Of a stretch of 64,000 nt of DNA, positions 61,451-64,000 are shown in pieces (the first letter of the stretch is position 1; the number at the start of each line of letters is the position of its first letter). The notes beneath the pieces were generated by a model. That model was not told the DNA's origin, did not search any database, and saw only the letters and a program-made list of their open reading frames with translations. This DNA is from Lama guanicoe (lineage: Eukaryota), in the NCBI GenBank assembly GCA_013239625.1, contig MU054843.1, forward strand, positions 6,801,184 through 6,865,183, read 5' to 3'. The position numbers and the translations under genes were made by a program.

Positions 61451-63299
61451 GTGTTAAAGCCCACCCACCTCTACACTGCAGGAATTTGAACTCAGGTCTC
61501 AACTCCTGGGCTCATTCCATAATCCCTAAATCTGGGATGAACACTGATGTTTTATTCTATCAGCTTGTCCTGTGAAGTGTTCTCCAAGTAGTTCATGATT
61601 GGTCTAGTTATCTAAAACAAAGTTGGGAATTTATCAGAAAAAAAGCAAATTAGTGATTCCCTTCTTCCTTTGTGAGAGTAGAGAAGCAAAGCGAGCTGAT
61701 TCCTACTGAGTTTAAAGAAAGACTTCTGGGAAGGTAGATTATCAACATTGATCACATTTTTTGCTCTGCCCTCAAGCCACAGATGAGATGTTAACACTTG
61801 GATTAAGCAAAACTCTCCAGTTGTACATTTTACCTAGTCTAAATTTTGTTAGCTGCTCTGTTTCAGAGATAATATGAACAAGTGCTCTGCTATAAACTGA
61901 TGAGACCTTTTATTTCTTGTCAGCCCCAGATTAGAGTTTGCCAGGAAAGAGATTTAACAATTGGTAACTGCTTCAACTTCACCCCTGAAGGAAGCCTCTC
62001 TCCCTGCTTATCTCTGTTGTGTGGCCTTGCTCCTGCAGCCTCCTACACAAAAATCAACTGGGGCAGTATTCACAGGAATACAGAGTTCAAAGGATCATTC
62101 CTTGTCTATTTCCAGCACTACTAGAGACTTACAAGAAGTGGGAGGTGTAGAGACATTTCTTTTGTTCATTCATTCTTTTTGTTTTTGTTTGTGCTTGTTT
62201 CGCTTTGGGCATCTAAGTTTTAAACATGCCACAGGTCAAAATATTACCAAACCCTGTCCCAATATGCATTTATTTTCATGAAAGAGTGAGGTTTCAGAAA
62301 GTAAAACCTGAAATCTGAACTCTGACACTAACTCCATAGCTCTACACAGCAGGTCCTGAGTAGCTGAGAAATCATGGTTTAGGGAAGCACATGGGTGCTA
62401 ATTACCACAACTATATAAACAGTCCAAACAACAAATTATTCTTAAAAAGATGAATATGATAATCCCAGTGACCACGATATTTCAGAAGATCCAAAGAACT
62501 ATATAAAATAAATGACTGAAGAAAACAATGCAATAAAGTTATGTTTACAGTTTTCTTTCATTTGTATACCAAAAGAAACACATACATACTCCCCCAGAGC
62601 ATCATTTACAAAGTTCATGTGGGTAGGACAGAAAGTATGATGTAGATTTTTAAGGTCTTTCACACAAATGAAGATATTGATGTCTTCCTAATCCTGAGCC
62701 TCACTTTTTCTTCTTTGTGAAACAAGTCTTTGATAGACCAGAGAATTATCTCTAAAGTTTCTTTAAGGTCAAAAAACTTGCTTCTTCATCTCACTTCCCT
62801 GTTCTTTACAGGTCGATCTATTATGGCATTAATTACATTCCACTGTTCTATAATTAGCAGGGACATTTTCTTTCTGTCTCCTACCATGGGACATGAAGGC
62901 AAAGCCAGGTATTAACCCAGGACATAGTTTCTGGTGGAAATGGAGTAAATATTCATGAGATGCAGTCTATGAATCTCTTTATTTCAAATCCTTAGTCTGA
63001 ATTTTGAATGCTATAGTCGTAAGGAAGTTTTCTAAATCATCTTTATTCTAGAAATTCCCAAGAAGGAATCAGCAAACTATTACTAAAAACTGTGTTTCAA
63101 TAAGACTCTTGGACATTTCTCTGACAGTTGTTGACTATAAATAAATATAAGGTGTGTACAATCTTGCTTTAGTCAGATGAGTGAATTAATTTAAGTGATT
63201 TTTCTGTGGGACTATGGCTGCCCATCCCAACCATTTCCCTATTATTCTTCATATTTCTTCCCCATCAAAACTACCTAAATTCCAAGCACCACTAAATCA

Positions 63300-63488
63300 T
63301 CCTTTCTCATAGTTCATTCCATGGACCCCTGTATCTGAACCAGCTAGAGTGCTTATCATAAAAACAGCTTCCAGGGCCCTCCAGCAGCCCCACTGAATTA
63401 GACTCCCTAGAGGTGCAGCCCCAGAAGCTGCATGTTCAATAAACTCCACAGGTGGTTTTGATGCACACTTAAGTGTGAAAACTACTGC
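63300..63488. mobile_element. MER5-type MITE
   Basis: cagcttccagggccc...actgaattagactccctagaggtgcagccc...ctgcatgttcaataaactccacaggtggttttgatgcacacttaagtgtgaaaactactg. Confidence 0.7.
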
Positions 63489-63813
63489 TCAGGACCCATG
63501 AATTGAAACTGAAGGGTGACTGTGGGGATCTGTTGAAGCAATTAATTAAGTGGGCTGAAGCTCCAGTAGGTTACAAGATTACTTTGAATCCAGCACCTAA
63601 GAGAAGCACCTTGATTTCTGAAACCACTAACCTGAGCTTCTGACTCAGAGGTCAGTCACCATTTATCATCACATAATCCTCTGGTTTCACTTTGCCTGCT
63701 TTCCCTGTAAACCGAATCACCTCCTTCTATGTCCATGATGGTTAATATACATTTTATATTTAGAAAACGACATCCCCTTACCCCTCAGCTCCCTGCCACA
63801 TTCTCCTTTACTT

Positions 63814-63969
63814 AAAAAAATTTTTTATTTATTTATTACGTTTGGGGAGGGAGGTAATTGGGTTTTTTTTTTTAATTTATTTACTTTTTTTTAAATGGAG
63901 GTACTAGGGACGGAATCTAGGACCTCGTGCTTGCTAGGCACGTGCTTTACCACTGAGCTATCCCCTCCC
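63814..63969 (-). mobile_element. vic-1-type SINE
   Basis: The reverse complement reads gggaggggatagctcagtggtaaagcacgtgcctagcaagcacgaggtcctagattcc...agtacctccattt...caattacctccc. Diverged TSD cattctcctttactt / cattcccctctgctt. Confidence 0.9.
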
Positions 63970-64000
63970 ACCATTCCCCTCTGCTTTTATGAAACCTCCC

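Noticed and set aside
62812-62908. Candidate 97-nt plus-strand exon after a strong acceptor
   Set aside because: The donor is weak (CAG|GTATTA), the sequence looks L2-derived and the peptide is unrecognisable.
888-62915. The supplied six-frame ORFs as protein-coding genes
   Set aside because: All are short, many use non-ATG starts, and none resembles a protein I recognise. Many lie in L1, L2 or LTR remnants, and I could not build a consistent exon chain.

Overview
This is mammalian genomic DNA, almost certainly from a camelid (alpaca/llama/camel): it carries four tRNA-derived vic-1-type SINEs and several young artiodactyl-type L1 3' ends. I could not support any protein-coding exon, RNA gene or processed pseudogene. 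The short ORFs supplied are repeat remnants, N-gap artefacts or chance ORFs. The window looks intergenic or deep-intronic and is largely interspersed repeats: L1 (young and L1M), L2, L3/CR1, MIR, MaLR/ERVL/ERV1 solo LTRs, and hAT DNA transposons (MER5, MER63, MER96B, MER102/Charlie8). Six N-gaps of 144-174 bp are present. Repeat family names come from recalled consensus sequences, not a database search, and most repeat boundaries are approximate. I found no evidence for a novel biological system. The most noteworthy signals are (i) an apparent excess of ETS/PU.1 motifs with two ETS-IRF composite elements and a consensus ISRE, suggesting an immune-type enhancer field; (ii) a chimeric young/old L1 3' end; (iii) a probable short L1 3' transduction; (iv) a Charlie8 transposase remnant split by an L2; and (v) a few splice-site-defined candidate exons, one with recursive-splice-site architecture.
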